The notes below the pieces were generated by a model. It ran no database searches and had not been told where the DNA came from. It worked only from the letters and a program-made list of their open reading frames with translations. From an uncultured Gammaproteobacteria bacterium (GTDB lineage Bacteria > Pseudomonadota > Gammaproteobacteria > JAURND01), in NCBI GenBank assembly GCA_963714975.1, contig CAVQQD010000002.1:704001-768000 (forward strand): a stretch of 64,000 bases of DNA, written 5' to 3'. Each line of letters starts with the position of its first letter. The stretch's first letter is position 1. A program made the position numbers and the translations under genes. This document shows, in pieces, positions 55,415-64,000 of the stretch.

Positions 55415-56747
55415 TTCCCTTGGCGAGGGTGATGCAGAGCTAACGAAAATTGTGACTGATCTCTTGGTAGAAGCTAAGCAATTAGGTGCTACCCAAGCAG
55501 AAGTCGCTGCAAACACAGAAATAGGTTTTTCTGTGCAGGTGAGAAAAGGAGAAGTCGAAACAATAGAACATCACCGGGGTCGAAACTTAAGTTTAACTGT
55601 CTATTTCGGCCATTGTAGCGGCAGCAGCCTTACTTCAGATTTAAGTCCCCCAGCCTTAAAAACCACCTTGGAAAAAGCTTGTAATATTGCACGCTATACC
55701 GGCGAAGATCCTTGCTCGGGATTAGCTGATACTGAGCTTATGGCCACTCATTATCCAGACCTAGAGTTATATCATCCTTGGGACCTTACTCCCGAACAAG
55801 CCATAGCGATGGCAACAGAATGTGAATTCTTGGCGCTCAATGCTGATAAACGGATCACGAATTCAGAAGGAGCAGCAGTCAGCACTCATGCCCATTGGCA
55901 AATTTATGCGAATACTCACGGTTTTCTAGGTTATTTCCCGAGTACCTATCATTCGATTAATTGCACACTGATCTCACAGCAAGGAAATGAGATGCATTTG
56001 GATTCTGATTATACCTGTGCCCGGAATCCTGATACTTTGGAGTCAATTAAGGTTGTGGCGAAACGAGCGGCTGAAAATACGGCATCACGCGTAGGCGCTA
56101 AACGTTTAGCAACGCGGCGAGCTCCAGTGATTTTCCAAGCGGATGTGGCCAAAGGCTTAATAGCACATTTTCTATCGGCAATTAGTGGCGGTAATTTATA
56201 TCGGCGTAGCTCATTTTTGTTGGATCAATTAGATCAGCCCGTTTTTCCTACATTTATTGATATCTTGGAACGCCCCCATGTTCGGGCTGGCATTGGAAGT
56301 GCCCCCTTTGATTCGGAAGGAGTCAGAACTCATGAGCGTCATTTGATTTCTGCAGGTACGTTGCAAAGTTATTTATTAGGCAGTTATTCTGCAAGACAAT
56401 TAAAGCTGCAATCTACAGGAAATGCCAATGGCGCACATAATGTAAGCATTGTGGCAAGAGGGTCGGAAGATTTATCCAGTTTATTGAAAACTATGGGTAC
56501 TGGTTTATTCGTCACAGATTTAATGGGACAAGGGGTCAATATCATCACCGGTGATTATTCCCGCGGTGTTTTTGGTTACTGGGTTGAGCAAGGAGAAATT
56601 CAATATCCTGTACAAGAAGTAACCATTGCTGGTAACCTAAAAGAGATGTTTGCGCATATTGTGGCTGTGGGAAATGATGTGGACCTACGCGGCAATATTC
56701 AAACAGGATCAATTTTATTAGAATCTATTATGATTGCTGGGGAATAA
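55401..56747 (+). CDS. pmbA: Metalloprotease PmbA (TldE)
   Basis: VR.GEVETIE, FDSEGV, GQGVNI.TGDYSRG, TIAGNL; start uncertain. Confidence 0.93.
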   Translation: MQDIDSLGEGDAELTKIVTDLLVEAKQLGATQAEVAANTEIGFSVQVRKGEVETIEHHRGRNLSLTVYFGHCSGSSLTSDLSPPALKTTLEKACNIARYTGEDPCSGLADTELMATHYPDLELYHPWDLTPEQAIAMATECEFLALNADKRITNSEGAAVSTHAHWQIYANTHGFLGYFPSTYHSINCTLISQQGNEMHLDSDYTCARNPDTLESIKVVAKRAAENTASRVGAKRLATRRAPVIFQADVAKGLIAHFLSAISGGNLYRRSSFLLDQLDQPVFPTFIDILERPHVRAGIGSAPFDSEGVRTHERHLISAGTLQSYLLGSYSARQLKLQSTGNANGAHNVSIVARGSEDLSSLLKTMGTGLFVTDLMGQGVNIITGDYSRGVFGYWVEQGEIQYPVQEVTIAGNLKEMFAHIVAVGNDVDLRGNIQTGSILLESIMIAGE

Positions 56748-56750
56748 ATC

Positions 56751-57176
56751 GTGAAACAACGTACATTATCTATCATCAAGCCGGACGCAGTAGCTAAAAA
56801 TAACATCGGCGCCATTAATCAACGTTTTGAACAAGCAGGATTAAAGATCATTGGGGCAAAAATGCTCCACCTGACACAGAATCAGGCAGAACAATTTTAT
56901 GGCATTCACAAAGAGCGGCCTTTTTACGCCAGTTTAGTAGACTTTATGATTTCAGGTCCGGTGTTAGTGCAGGTACTGGAGGGGGACAATGCTGTGGCTA
57001 AAAATCGTGAATTGATGGGAGCCACTAATCCAAAAGAAGCTCTGCCGGGGACGATCCGTGCAGATTTTGCTGCTTCGATTGAGGAAAATGCTGTGCACGG
57101 TTCTGATGGAGCGGAAACTGCTGCTTGGGAGATTGCATTCTTCTTTGCCCCAGAAGAGATTCATAGCCGAAAATGA
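56751..57176 (+). CDS. ndk: Nucleoside diphosphate kinase
   Basis: IIKPDAV, GTIRADF, NAVHGSD. Confidence 0.98.
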   Translation: MKQRTLSIIKPDAVAKNNIGAINQRFEQAGLKIIGAKMLHLTQNQAEQFYGIHKERPFYASLVDFMISGPVLVQVLEGDNAVAKNRELMGATNPKEALPGTIRADFAASIEENAVHGSDGAETAAWEIAFFFAPEEIHSRK

Positions 57177-58432
57177 CTGATAAAGGAGGAATTCCCGCTG
57201 AAGCCTTAATACCCGACGGGTCCTGCCGCGCGGGCAATCCGCCGAGCTCGCTCGCTGCGCGCGGCGTTATTACCCCACGCGTCACCCGTCGGCCAGATGG
57301 CGTAGAAGCGGGAATTACTACTAATAAGATCAACTTATTGAATTTCGATCGGGCAGGCCTGCGGCAATTTTTCCAGGGCTTAGGAGAAAAGGAATTTCGT
57401 GCTGACCAACTAATTCAGTGGGTACATCAGGAGGGAGTTACTGATGTCAACACCATGAGCAATTTTAGCAAAGCATTGCGTCAGCGTTTGTCCGATTTAG
57501 TTCATGTTGAGTTGCTTGAAATTGGCCATGAAAACATCGCAAGCGATGGCACGCATAAGTGGCTCATGCGGTTAAAAGAAGGCAATTCCATTGAAACTGT
57601 ATTTATTCCAGAAGTTCGTCGCGGTACCTTATGTATTTCTTCCCAGGTAGGCTGCGCTCTAGATTGTCGCTTTTGTTCTACAGGAAAGCAGGGGTTTAGT
57701 CGTAATTTGACCGTAGCAGAAATCATTGGCCAGGTTTGGGTTGCCAAGCAAAGGTTGGCGGCCCATCACGCTGGCGATCGGCCGGTCATTACCAATATTG
57801 TATTAATGGGCATGGGCGAGCCATTACTCAATCTGGATAATGTAGTGAAAGCCATGAATATCATGATGGATGATTTTGCCTATGGCTTATCTAAACATCG
57901 GGTCACTTTAAGTACTTCGGGGGTAGTGCCTGCTATGCTAGAATTACGCAAATTGAGTTCAGTGGCATTGGCAGTATCATTACATGCGCCAAATGATGCG
58001 CTACGCAGTCAATTAGTTCCATTAAATAAGAAATATCCTCTCAAGGAATTAATGGCTGTTTGTAAAGATTATTATAAGGAGCAACCGAAACGTGTCGTGA
58101 CGATGGAATATGTGATGTTAAAAGACGTCAATGATCACACCGGTCACGCGCAGGAATTGGTGAAGTTACTAAAAGGGATACCTTGTAAACTGAATTTAAT
58201 TCCGTTTAATCCATTTCCTTTTACCGAATATGAATGCTCATCTTATGAAACCATTCGCAGATTTCAAAGAATCACGCAAGAAAATGGTATCCACACGACG
58301 ATTCGTAAGACCCGTGGCGATGATATAGATGCGGCGTGTGGGCAATTAGTTGGAAATTTCCAAGACCGTACTTTGCGCAACAAGCGTTGGACCCAGAGAC
58401 ACGAGATGCAAAAAACAGGAGAAAAATTATGA
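57173..58432 (+). CDS. rlmN: Dual-specificity RNA methyltransferase RlmN with N-terminal in-frame repeat insertion
   Basis: [27 protein letters not shown]. Confidence 0.96.
   Translation: MTDKGGIPAEALIPDGSCRAGNPPSSLAARGVITPRVTRRPDGVEAGITTNKINLLNFDRAGLRQFFQGLGEKEFRADQLIQWVHQEGVTDVNTMSNFSKALRQRLSDLVHVELLEIGHENIASDGTHKWLMRLKEGNSIETVFIPEVRRGTLCISSQVGCALDCRFCSTGKQGFSRNLTVAEIIGQVWVAKQRLAAHHAGDRPVITNIVLMGMGEPLLNLDNVVKAMNIMMDDFAYGLSKHRVTLSTSGVVPAMLELRKLSSVALAVSLHAPNDALRSQLVPLNKKYPLKELMAVCKDYYKEQPKRVVTMEYVMLKDVNDHTGHAQELVKLLKGIPCKLNLIPFNPFPFTEYECSSYETIRRFQRITQENGIHTTIRKTRGDDIDAACGQLVGNFQDRTLRNKRWTQRHEMQKTGEKL
57187..57319. repeat. Palindromic element inserted in the rlmN coding sequence
   Basis: aggaattcccgct .. 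agcgggaattact termini; reverse complement aligns with 23390-23476. Confidence 0.88.
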
Positions 58433-58881
58433 GTGAAATGTCCCCATCCCCGGTCCGAGGTGGACCAGGCGCTAGTCTACGTATTATGCGTGAAGCTAAA
58501 AACCGCAGTTTAGAGGAAGTTGCCGAGCAATTAAAATTATCTCCCCAGCGCTTAACGCAAATTGAGCAGGATGATTATAAAAGTATTGGCGCCGATGCTT
58601 ATGCTATTGGCTACTTACGAGGTTATGCACGAATATTGGGTTTATCTGAAAACGAGGTTCACGAAATACTTAATGCGTTTGAAACCTCGGGTCTGGCGGC
58701 AGAAATTTCTCGCCAGCCGTTAGAGTTGCTGAATAAAAAAATTTCGCAGTCAGCTCCAAAACGAGCACGTCGCTTTGGTTATTTGCTGTTGTTGTTAGTC
58801 GTTGGCGTGGCTGGCTTTTGGTGGTATCACCATGTAACTGAGACCGAAAAAACTTCTCCTGTCCAGGAAGAGAGGCTCTAA
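58429..58881 (+). CDS. rodZ: Short RodZ-like HTH-TM protein
   Basis: [25 protein letters not shown], one TM; little periplasmic sequence. Confidence 0.8.
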   Translation: MSEMSPSPVRGGPGASLRIMREAKNRSLEEVAEQLKLSPQRLTQIEQDDYKSIGADAYAIGYLRGYARILGLSENEVHEILNAFETSGLAAEISRQPLELLNKKISQSAPKRARRFGYLLLLLVVGVAGFWWYHHVTETEKTSPVQEERL

Positions 58882-58884
58882 GCG

Positions 58885-60195
58885 TTGAATTTACAAGCCA
58901 TTCGCGGAATGAATGATATTCTTCCTGCACAAACACTGTATTGGCAGTATTTGGAAACGCTGTTAGCCAATCTGGCGCGCAGTTTTGGCTATGATGAAAT
59001 CCGCTTTCCGTTATTAGAATTCACCGCTTTGTTCAAGCGAGGTATTGGCGAAGCCACGGATATCGTTGAAAAAGAAATGTATAGTTTCACCGATAGGAAT
59101 GGGGATAGTTTAACGCTTCGCCCTGAAGGGACGGCAGGTTGTGTACGTGCTGCTATTCAACAGGGTTTATTGCATACTCCCCAGCAGCGCTTGTGGTATC
59201 TTGGCCCGATGTTTCGGCATGAACGTCCGCAAAAAGGTCGCTATCGGCAATTTTATCAGTTTGGTATTGAAGCTTTTGGGATGCCAGGCCCCGATATTGA
59301 TGTGGAAATGATTTTCATCAGTGCCCGGATTTGGGAATTATTAGGGATTCAAGATCGGGTTAGGCTACAACTCAATTCTCTGGGCTCCCCGGAGTGTCGA
59401 TTGCATTACCGGACAAAATTGGTTGAGTATTTTACTCGTCACTCCCAATTATTAGACGAGGACAGCCAACGACGCCTGACCACCAATCCGCTGCGTATTT
59501 TGGATAGCAAAAATCCGGCTATGCAGGCTCTGATTGCCGGTGCGCCAGCACTCATTGATTCTTTAAATCCATCCGCTCGTGCTCATTTTGATAGTTTAAC
59601 CAGCCTGTTAGATGAGGCTGGAATTAGCTATGAAATTAATCCACGCTTGGTGCGGGGTTTAGATTATTATGGGGGCATGGTATTTGAGTGGGTGGCTGAA
59701 CATATTGGCGCCCAAAGTGCGATTTGTTCTGGTGGACGTTATGATGCTTTAGTCGAGTTATTGGGCGGAAAAGCTACTCCAGCAGTAGGTTTTGCTCTGG
59801 GCATGGAGCGAGTCATTGGCTTGTTAGAAGAGTCTAAGCAATTAACAGAAACCACCGATGTTTATTTTATTTTAGTGGGTTTAGCTGCCGAACGAAAAGG
59901 CACGGTGTTAGCGCAACAATGGCGCAGGGAATTTCCTAAGCTGCGGCTGATTATCAATTGTGGTGGAGGGAATTTTAAAACTCAATTTAAACGAGCAGAC
60001 CGTAGTAACGCACGGCTAGCTTTAATTTTGGGTGAAGATGAATTAATTCAGGCCAAAATATCCGTAAAATACCTCCGAGAAGACCGCCCTCAAGAATTAG
60101 TACCCTTTGCAGAAATTAGCCGCCTCTTTATCGATCAAGGCACCTATCCTTCTCCCCTTGTGGGAGAAGGTGGCCGCAGGCCGGATGAGGGGTAA
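58885..60195 (+). CDS. hisS: Histidine--tRNA ligase
   Basis: [34 protein letters not shown]. Confidence 0.98.
   Translation: MNLQAIRGMNDILPAQTLYWQYLETLLANLARSFGYDEIRFPLLEFTALFKRGIGEATDIVEKEMYSFTDRNGDSLTLRPEGTAGCVRAAIQQGLLHTPQQRLWYLGPMFRHERPQKGRYRQFYQFGIEAFGMPGPDIDVEMIFISARIWELLGIQDRVRLQLNSLGSPECRLHYRTKLVEYFTRHSQLLDEDSQRRLTTNPLRILDSKNPAMQALIAGAPALIDSLNPSARAHFDSLTSLLDEAGISYEINPRLVRGLDYYGGMVFEWVAEHIGAQSAICSGGRYDALVELLGGKATPAVGFALGMERVIGLLEESKQLTETTDVYFILVGLAAERKGTVLAQQWRREFPKLRLIINCGGGNFKTQFKRADRSNARLALILGEDELIQAKISVKYLREDRPQELVPFAEISRLFIDQGTYPSPLVGEGGRRPDEG
60147..60193. repeat. CCCTCATCCGGCC-family palindrome forming the hisS 3' end
   Basis: ccttctccccttgtgggagaaggtggccgcaggccggatgagggg. Confidence 0.85.
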
Positions 60196-60409
60196 GTCTC
60201 ACTTGTGCTCCTATTCCTAGATTTTCTCCCATAGCTCACTGAAATAAGGGGTCTCTCTAGCGGACCTACAAATAGCTAAAGGATAGTTCAACCTAGATTC
60301 GGCCTGTGGATTTTCATTAAGGCTACGAAAAAAAAGCATTGTGCAAGGAACAGTGTCTCGCTATTATTGCGATGATATATTGTTCTAGATTTAAGAGGAG
60401 TGCCATTTT

Positions 60410-60967
60410 ATGGCTCAAGAAACATTTACAATGCTGCAAGAAAGAGAACCCAACTTAGTAACAGGAAAGGAGGCGGTGACTTGGGGCCAACTTCAGCCAA
60501 TGTTACAAGCAGTGGATCAGAAACCCCTTTTAGATTTTTATGGCCAGTTATCATCCGCTGAGCTGCGTCAATGCTACTGCTTGTTAGAGTCCAATTCTCA
60601 AGAAAAGTCTCACTTTTTGCGTTTGTCAAGTGTAGTAGGCCAAAAAATCCATGACGTAGAAATAGAACCTCCGGGTTGTGCCTCATCAATCCTAGGAGTT
60701 GGGGGTGGGGCAGCTGCGCTGGGCAGCTATATATACCTTGGAATATGGCTTGTAGCTAATAGACCTAATGGAGCTGGGCTGCCTTTTTATGGGCTTAGTG
60801 TATTTCCTATGGCATGTTTATCGCTGTTTTTAATGGCTGTAATAGGAGGGACTTCTTCAATGATTGGAGATTATTTTAATAAGGAACTTACTGCGCTTAA
60901 GGAATTGCGTCGTGAGATTGATGATAGACAAGATGTAACAAGTCCTTCAGGCTTGGCAAGTAAATAG
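60410..60967 (+). CDS. Hypothetical two-TM protein, paralog of 63150-63587
   Basis: GAGGAG RBS; shares QKIHD..PGCAS and DYxNKELTxL with 63150. Confidence 0.75.
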   Translation: MAQETFTMLQEREPNLVTGKEAVTWGQLQPMLQAVDQKPLLDFYGQLSSAELRQCYCLLESNSQEKSHFLRLSSVVGQKIHDVEIEPPGCASSILGVGGGAAALGSYIYLGIWLVANRPNGAGLPFYGLSVFPMACLSLFLMAVIGGTSSMIGDYFNKELTALKELRREIDDRQDVTSPSGLASK

Positions 60968-61012
60968 AGGTTATTTCAAACACCTTCCTCCGGTTATGAA
61001 GCAAAATTTTTT

Positions 61013-62950
61013 ATGAAAAAAAATTCTATTATAATTTTAATTATTTTTTTGGCATTCAATTTCCATGTAATTTACGCAAATCCAAATCAAATACGCAATG
61101 TTTCACTATTTGAGCCTTTGACCCAGCAGGAATTGGTTAAAACAATAAAGCTTATTAAAAAATCTCCCCACTATTCAAAAGATATAGTATTTACTTACTT
61201 GAGTTTGCAAGAACCACAAAAGACCGACCAAAAATATATTCGACAAGCGGTGGCTTTGTTATTTAATCCCAAACAAAATAAATCCTATGAAGTAATTATT
61301 ACCTTAGGTAGCAAATCTTCACTGTCGTGGAAAGAGCTGCCGCAAGTACAGCTGATGGGAAGCAATTATGATTACTCAACCATACCTGAATTATTAAAAA
61401 GCAATGACGCTTGGAAAAGTGCTTTAGCCAAACGTGGCATTAAAAAACCTACTGAAGTCTTTGTTAGCCCTTGGATTGCGGAGCCTTCGAATGATCCGAA
61501 CTTACAAGGTCATCGTTTATTTCACGCCATCCCTTATGACGCAAGGAATAACTTAAACGATTACGGAAGACCGATTGAGGGATTAAGCGCTTTGGTTGAT
61601 TTGACCACGCAAAAAATTCAAGTACTGGATACGGGAATTATACCTATTGCGAAAAGTGATAGCCCTTATAACAGCAAATCAGTAGGCCCTTTAAGAACAC
61701 CTCCTAATCTAGTGCATAGTGATCAGCCGCAAGGCTACAGTTTTCAGTTAAAAAAACATCAAGTTACCTGGCAGAAATGGCGTTTTAATATTGGTTTTAA
61801 TCCACGTGATGGACTGACTTTGCATCAGATCCAATATTACGATCAAAGAAAATGGCGTTCTATTTTGTATCGACTTTCTTTAGCCGATATTTTGGTTCCT
61901 TATGGAGATCCCGATCCGCAATGGAATTGGCGCCATGCTTTGGATGCTGCAGAATATGGCTTGGGCTTGGTAACAGTCCCATTGCAAAAAGGTTTGGATG
62001 TTCCAGAAAATACGCATTTAATCAGTATCCCCAGTGTCAATGATGAGGGAAAACTGGAATTTCGCAAAGATATCATCGCATTATATGAACAATACGGCGG
62101 ATTGAGTTGGAAGCATTATGATCTGGATCGAACTCACACCAATGAAGCACGCCGCGCGCAAAATTTAGTAGTGGCTTCGCACGTGAGCATAGGTAATTAT
62201 GATTATCTGATTCAATATATTTTTAAACAAGATGCGAGTATGGAAGTAGTCGTTTCTTTAACGGGGATTATGTTACCTAAGGGCATTGAAAAAAATAAAG
62301 TTGATCATTTTGCTCATCAAGTTACTGCCGATATTGCTGCGCCACATCATCAGCATTTTTTTAATTTTCGTCTTGATTTTGATGTAGATGGTAGGGAAAA
62401 CACCCTCGTGGAGGAAAACACCCTGCCCATGCCGCAAGGAAAGGATAATCCTGCAGGCAATGCTTTTATGCATCAGGGAACTGTGTTAGCAACTTCTGTT
62501 GCAGCACGTCGTAATCTCAACCTCGATAGCGATCGTTTTTGGATAATCTTAAATCCGAAGGTAAAAAATAGTTTGGGGCAGCCAGTAAGTTACGGGTTAA
62601 TTCCAGGCAGCAACACCATCGCCCATGCTCAGCCTAATAGTGAAGTAAGACGAATGGCAGGATTTATTAATTACCACTTATGGGCGACTCCCTATGATCC
62701 AGAGCAAATGAATGCTACGGGTCTTTATCCAGTACTCAATAAACATATTAATGGATTGGAACAATGGGCAGCTGAAAATAAATCGATTGAAAATACCGAT
62801 CTGGTGGTGTGGTATACCCTGGGTGTGACTCATATTCCTCGTCCTGAAGAATGGCCAGTGATGCCAGTCACCAGCATTTCCTTTAAGATTGTGCCGGTTG
62901 GATTTTTTACCCAGAATCCTGCTTTAGATTTACCCCCGCTTGGAAGCTAG
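61013..62950 (+). CDS. Copper-containing primary amine oxidase with signal peptide
   Basis: GNYDY TPQ motif, HQH copper ligands, HIPRPEEWPVMP. Confidence 0.93.
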   Translation: MKKNSIIILIIFLAFNFHVIYANPNQIRNVSLFEPLTQQELVKTIKLIKKSPHYSKDIVFTYLSLQEPQKTDQKYIRQAVALLFNPKQNKSYEVIITLGSKSSLSWKELPQVQLMGSNYDYSTIPELLKSNDAWKSALAKRGIKKPTEVFVSPWIAEPSNDPNLQGHRLFHAIPYDARNNLNDYGRPIEGLSALVDLTTQKIQVLDTGIIPIAKSDSPYNSKSVGPLRTPPNLVHSDQPQGYSFQLKKHQVTWQKWRFNIGFNPRDGLTLHQIQYYDQRKWRSILYRLSLADILVPYGDPDPQWNWRHALDAAEYGLGLVTVPLQKGLDVPENTHLISIPSVNDEGKLEFRKDIIALYEQYGGLSWKHYDLDRTHTNEARRAQNLVVASHVSIGNYDYLIQYIFKQDASMEVVVSLTGIMLPKGIEKNKVDHFAHQVTADIAAPHHQHFFNFRLDFDVDGRENTLVEENTLPMPQGKDNPAGNAFMHQGTVLATSVAARRNLNLDSDRFWIILNPKVKNSLGQPVSYGLIPGSNTIAHAQPNSEVRRMAGFINYHLWATPYDPEQMNATGLYPVLNKHINGLEQWAAENKSIENTDLVVWYTLGVTHIPRPEEWPVMPVTSISFKIVPVGFFTQNPALDLPPLGS

Positions 62951-62956
62951 GCATAC

Positions 62957-62988
62957 ACCCTCATCCGGCCTACGGCCACCTTCTCCCC
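62957..62988. repeat. CCCTCATCCGGCC-family repeat (another at 63606-63635)
   Basis: accctcatccggcctacggccaccttctcc is identical at both sites. Confidence 0.85.
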
Positions 62989-63149
62989 AACTGCAGTTGA
63001 CTTGCTAGCTGCGGTGGTGGCATACCCACTCCATATAAATACGTTATAAATACGTTGTAACTTGGTTTTTTCAGTCCTTTCAGGTACAGTTAATTATTTT
63101 TTAGGTTATATATAACAATTTTGTCTCACTTAAAGAGGAGTGTAATTTT

Positions 63150-63587
63150 ATGGCTACTACAATTCGAGAAACAACAGTCGTAAAGCTGCAAAACCAATTC
63201 AGCGGCTTCAAGTCTCATTTTCGAGAAAAATCTGATTTTGAGGATTTGTTACGAACAGTAGACCAAAAAATTCATGATATATCCGGTCCAGGTTGCGCAT
63301 CGTGGGGCCTAGGAGTAGTGGTTGGGGCAGGTACAGTGGCCGGTTATATAGGCCTTGAACAGTGGTTTGCAGACAAGGATGGAACGTTTCCCGCAGAGTT
63401 CATGTTCACATATCCTCCACTTGTCGCTTTGGCAATTGTTGTAATAGCGTTAATAATCGGAACAGCAATGATTACGTCAAAGATTACAGATTATTGTAAT
63501 AAGGAACTTACTCAGCTTGAGACACTACGAGACGATATACAAACGACAATAAGGAATTTGTCTGGGGAGGGGCCCGCATACAAATAG
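63150..63587 (+). CDS. Hypothetical two-TM protein, paralog of 60410-60967
   Basis: Similar leader (aagaggagtg..tttttatggct) and shared motifs. Confidence 0.75.
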   Translation: MATTIRETTVVKLQNQFSGFKSHFREKSDFEDLLRTVDQKIHDISGPGCASWGLGVVVGAGTVAGYIGLEQWFADKDGTFPAEFMFTYPPLVALAIVVIALIIGTAMITSKITDYCNKELTQLETLRDDIQTTIRNLSGEGPAYK

Positions 63588-63649
63588 CTAAAAGCCATTT
63601 CAAGCACCCTCATCCGGCCTACGGCCACCTTCTCCAAGAGATGAAGAGA

Positions 63650-64000
63650 TTAGGCAGAAGCAGTTCCTCGTCGATGCCAAATGATCGGTGCGGCGGCTTT
63701 TACTTGCTGATTATATAAGGTGAAAGTGGCAACTGTAGTCTCCGGGTTGGTGCATTGCAAATGATATAAGCCTTCCTGGGAGCCTGGTTTTAAGCGGCGT
63801 AAAAGTATTTCATTATGTGCCGTTTCTATAATGCAGTCCTGATTAATTAAACTTTTAATAGCTTCTCCAGTGCGGATACGTCCTGCCACATAATCTCCAG
63901 GCTGGTAATGAGGCGACATCCCATCATCCGTTAGCATAATACTGAGGGCATTTTCATTCAGGCTGCGAAAGAGAATCAGTTCTTGGATAATATTTTCAGA
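63650..64000 (-). CDS. C-terminal S24/LexA-like domain of a probable regulator (partial at window edge)
   Basis: DDGMSPHYQPGDYV...ILLRRL...LQCTN resembles S24 GDSMxP..GD..KRL..LxSxN. Confidence 0.55.
   Translation of the reverse strand, partial: SENIIQELILFRSLNENALSIMLTDDGMSPHYQPGDYVAGRIRTGEAIKSLINQDCIIETAHNEILLRRLKPGSQEGLYHLQCTNPETTVATFTLYNQQVKAAAPIIWHRRGTASA

Overview
Chromosomal window of a gammaproteobacterium, probably Legionellales/Coxiellales-like and host-associated. This is inferred from ankyrin and Sel1 effector-like genes, PmrA-like boxes, and ispG missing from the ndk-rlmN-hisS block. Housekeeping genes include a Chlamydiae-like aroA-aroK-aroC-aroB/aroDE cluster, queF, thrBC, nnr-tsaE-ami, rpoS, htpG, miaA, hfq-hflXKC-purA, ppa, putA (two frameshifts), tig-clpP-clpX-lon, pmbA, ndk-rlmN-rodZ-hisS and four tRNAs. 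The most notable item is an AT-rich island that splits the aro operon. It carries an unannotated 45-aa ORF (7295-7432, strong RBS), a stem-loop and two tandem stand-alone YcaO genes, one with a degenerate ATP-binding motif. This is a minimal candidate RiPP system, flanked by IS66 and Rpn remnants. Several palindromic repeat families are present. One copy is inserted in frame in the RlmN N-terminus, and others supply the C-termini of PurA, HisS and AroA. All calls come from reading the sequence; no database searches were run.
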